DNA of 64,000 nt from Camelus dromedarius (lineage: Eukaryota), in assembly GCF_036321535.1 (NCBI RefSeq), contig NC_087436.1:85562001-85626000 (forward strand), given 5' to 3'. The notes beneath the pieces were generated by a model. That model searched no databases and had not been told where the DNA came from. It worked only from the letters and a program-made list of their open reading frames with translations. Position numbers and translations under genes: made by a program. Positions 61,979 to 64,000 of this stretch are shown one piece after another; positions within the stretch are counted from its first letter, which is position 1; each line of letters starts with the position of its first letter.

Positions 61979-64000
61979 TCAAATGGATTGGCACACCATG
62001 TAGTTCATCCTTGGAGATTTTCCACTTAATGCCATTATAAAGCCAAGGAGAATTTCATTCTGGATCCTATACTTAAAACTATTGTTCCATTGCAATGCAC
62101 TAAAATGGTGGTTTTCACTTTTAATAAGAAAAAGAAAAGACCATTCAGATAGATCTGGGAGAATGTATTTGGAGGCCCCCTAGTATTTCTGGAGACCACA
62201 GCTAGAGACACACTGGCTTTAAAAAAAATCAAGTTTTACTCTATGGAAGAAGACTTTCAAATGGGAATCTTTTTTCCAAAAGAAAAACGTTATCTTTATA
62301 ACTGGTAAAGCTTTTGTTTTAGATTCTCATGAAAATAAAACCCCAAAGGAAAAATTTCTAGGATTCCTAAAAATTAGTCAGACCCCAGTCTGATCAGGTC
62401 CTCATACCAAGATAGCATTGACCTTCATTTCACAGATTCACACTCGGCAAGGCCAAGGGCAGATCTGCGTGGGAGTGTGTGAGTTAGCAGGCGTGCACAC
62501 ACCCTGGACGCAAAAGCTTCCACAGTCGACTGTGGCTGAGTTCAAGTGCAGGGCTCCTCTCTCTCAGGTGGCTGGCACGTGATGCCGTTAGGACAGGACC
62601 CCAGAGACACTTGTCACTCTGCCTTTTGGTCCTGTCACTGTGCCTGAGAAGAGAACCCAGAGGCCCAGAAGTACACCCCAGGCTCAGACATGAAGGTGGG
62701 CTGGCCCTGCAGCTCAGCCCACTGTCTGCCCAAGTTCCACCCCTTCTCTAGCTTAGCAAACTACCATCTCCCAGAGTTCTTACCAAAACATTGGAAGATT
62801 GGAACATGTGTTTCCTATGTCCATGGGATGCCACACACATCAGTCCTCTAAAACCTCTCATCTGCCAAAATGTGGCTCATGGCCCCACCTGCATTGGAAT
62901 CATCTTGGGCTTTGGTTCAAAATGCAGATCCTTGGGCCCCCTCTAGGCTCTTCCACAGCCTTCCTCAAGAAGCTGCTTCCTTGGCTCTGCTGTCTTTCTA
63001 CTCCTCCTAAGGCCTTTGTATTCATCTGGCTTCACTCCATTAGCTCATGGTGTCCTGTTCACTTTCTCAGGCAGCCCACAGGCCCTGCCCTCTCCGTGGT
63101 GCTGACTCCAGAACTGTCCCCCCTGGGGCCTCGGCAACGCGTAATCTCTGTGTGTGCACACCACTCACCCTGGACATTCAGAGATCGGTTCTGGCTGATG
63201 GGCTCCGTGATCCTGATCTCCCCAGAAGACAGCCTGCTGAGCGAGGGCTGGCTGCAATCCCTTCAGCTGCCACTGCTCTTTTATTCTCCAATAATTTTTT
63301 TGACTCTGAGGGGCCCTTGGGTTTACACCAAACACAAGTCCAGACATTTTCCCCTTCAGCAGCTCCTTCTCCATCTACAGCTGCTTCCCAGGATCCTCTG
63401 TAAGAGGGGCGACCTCTGCAAACCAGGGAAATCAGCTAATTTCCCTCTGTTCTGTCTGCCATCAGCCTTCCTGCCCCCATTGCTTGGGCAGGTGGCAGAT
63501 GCTTCCCTTGGGACCTGGGGCTTACTGGCCCCTCTGGAGTTAGTGCTTGCTCTGTATATTTGTCCTAAATCTGACTTTGCCCAGAATGGTGTCATGGACT
63601 TTTCTCAGGCCCAGCAGCTGCAGACCAGCCCCATCTTTAACTCTTTCCCTGCCCTGACTCCTAGACCTGGAGAGAAGCTTATGGCAGCCAGCTCGGGGCT
63701 TTGGCTGGGAAACCATGCAAATAAACAGGACTATGATGACTAAGGATGTGGTTTCTATTCCATTTTTTGCTCATTGTGTACCATTAAGATGAAAGGATTC
63801 ATTCATTCAAATAAATAATGATGATTGATCTCTAAAGAAAGAAAAGGAAGAGCTACGTATACTAACCAATATGAACTTACTACACAGGCCTAGGGATTCA
63901 GAGTAACAGAAGAAGTTACCTCCTTGGCTTTATCGGCTATGTGGTCACTCTGGTTCCCAGAAATTCCAACAACAGCATGTGTCTGAGCTTTCAAGGGCAC

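Noticed and set aside
62799..63743. Longest ORF (314 aa)
   Set aside because: Called from a TTG start, overlaps a MER5-like fragment, has Leu/Pro/Ser-rich composition and no recognisable domain; consistent with a chance open frame.

Overview
Mammalian non-coding genomic DNA, almost certainly camelid (alpaca/camel). The lineage call rests on four copies of the camelid tRNA-derived SINE (Vic-1 type) and several lineage-type L1 3' ends. Much of the window is interspersed repeats: L1, L2, MIR, MaLR/ERVL/ERV1-like LTRs and hAT-Charlie MERs. I recognise no host protein-coding gene, RNA gene or CRISPR array, and the supplied ORFs are chance or repeat-derived apart from decayed L1 ORF1/ORF2 pieces. 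Points of interest: (1) a ~350 bp TSD-flanked 'mini-L1' made of an L1 5' end fused to an L1 3' end; (2) an L1 ORF1 fragment without a 3' end sitting in a SINE tail; (3) other unusual L1 integration structures (nested, twin-primed, apparently deletion-associated); (4) a solo LTR with repeated CCAAT and octamer units; (5) a candidate + strand promoter/first exon near 59.85-60.33 kb, straddled by candidate - strand exons. Repeat subfamily names come from my recall of consensus sequences, and repeat boundaries are approximate. I found no convincing novel multi-gene system.
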